Below are positions 63,504 through 64,000 of a stretch of 64,000 bases of DNA, one piece after another. The notes under the pieces are model-generated. The model had not been told where the DNA came from, made no database searches, and saw nothing but the letters and a program-made list of their open reading frames with translations. Numbering within the stretch: the first letter of the stretch is position 1; every line of letters begins with the position of its first letter. Both the position numbers and the translations under genes were made by a program. The stretch is from Pseudothermotoga sp. (GTDB lineage: Bacteria > Thermotogota > Thermotogae > Thermotogales > DSM-5069): NCBI GenBank assembly GCA_031962025.1, contig JAVRKW010000005.1. One strand, 5' to 3'.

Positions 63504-64000
63504 TCCTGTCCCCTCCAGTTGTGAAGAATCTCCAGAATTTGTGGTTCACTGAGTTGCTGCATCATCTTTATAAAAACTTTTGCGGTTACAAGTGCATCGT
63601 CCAAGGCTCGATGTGATGGTTTCTGGTATCCAAATCTCTGTGCAAGCCAGCTCAAAGTTTTTTTCTCACCGAACAAAATTTTTGACATCTCACGAGTGTC
63701 GATGTAGTTTATCGTGGGAGGGAAAACACCTATTTCCTTGGCTGATATATCTATGAAAGTCAAATCGAATTCAGCACGATGAAATACCATGATGGATTTT
63801 CTCATGAAGGATCTGATCTTTTCAAACACTTCGTCGATCATCGGCGCTGTCTCAATGTCCTGATTGCTTATCTTATGTATTCTCTCGACAGTCGCTGGTA
63901 TTTTTATTTTCGGATTGACGAGTGAGCTGTAAATAGATCTGTACAAGATCTTCTGTTTGTACACGGGAACCACGGCGATTTCAACAATTCTATCTCCACC
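63497..64000 (-). CDS. DEDDh 3'-5' exonuclease (DnaQ-like), 5' end outside the window
   Basis: GDRIVEIA, H.I, FH.AEFD..F, IDT, HRALDDA; frame is open to the window edge. Confidence 0.88.
   Translation of the reverse strand, partial: GGDRIVEIAVVPVYKQKILYRSIYSSLVNPKIKIPATVERIHKISNQDIETAPMIDEVFEKIRSFMRKSIMVFHRAEFDLTFIDISAKEIGVFPPTINYIDTREMSKILFGEKKTLSWLAQRFGYQKPSHRALDDALVTAKVFIKMMQQLSEPQILEILHNWRGQEW

Overview
Gene-dense bacterial chromosome segment, most likely Thermotogaceae (Pseudothermotoga-like). This is inferred from the split MetH (TM0268/TM0269 type), the galA-galT-galK order, the FN3-repeat lipoproteins and the three-gene G3P dehydrogenase. It holds a gal operon, two CUT1 sugar ABC clusters, a GlpP-regulated glycerol region, two tRNA-Thr genes, tilS-ftsH, a 7-gene methionine operon, rubredoxin, murA and exported or transport genes. 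Main points: (1) The met operon is preceded by an unannotated 30-aa Met-rich leader peptide with mutually exclusive antiterminator and terminator hairpins, which looks like a ribosome-mediated methionine attenuator rather than a SAM riboswitch or T-box. (2) That operon uses the methanogen-type aspartate-semialdehyde to homocysteine route (DUF39-ferredoxin fusion plus UPF0280). (3) There are two near-identical 269-bp non-autonomous IS200/IS605 elements with exact IS608-type end signals (TTAC/AAAG, GAAT/TCAA). Each keeps the tnpB 3' tail/reRNA region and an internal -10 box, so they may be stand-alone guide-RNA cassettes; one rewrote the C-terminus of an ABC binding protein. (4) An intact but loop-stripped GH36 alpha-galactosidase homolog appears to have lost its catalytic residues. 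(5) A membrane alpha/beta-hydrolase sits where glpF usually is, behind a GlpP-type leader. All functional calls come from motif recognition; no database searches were run.
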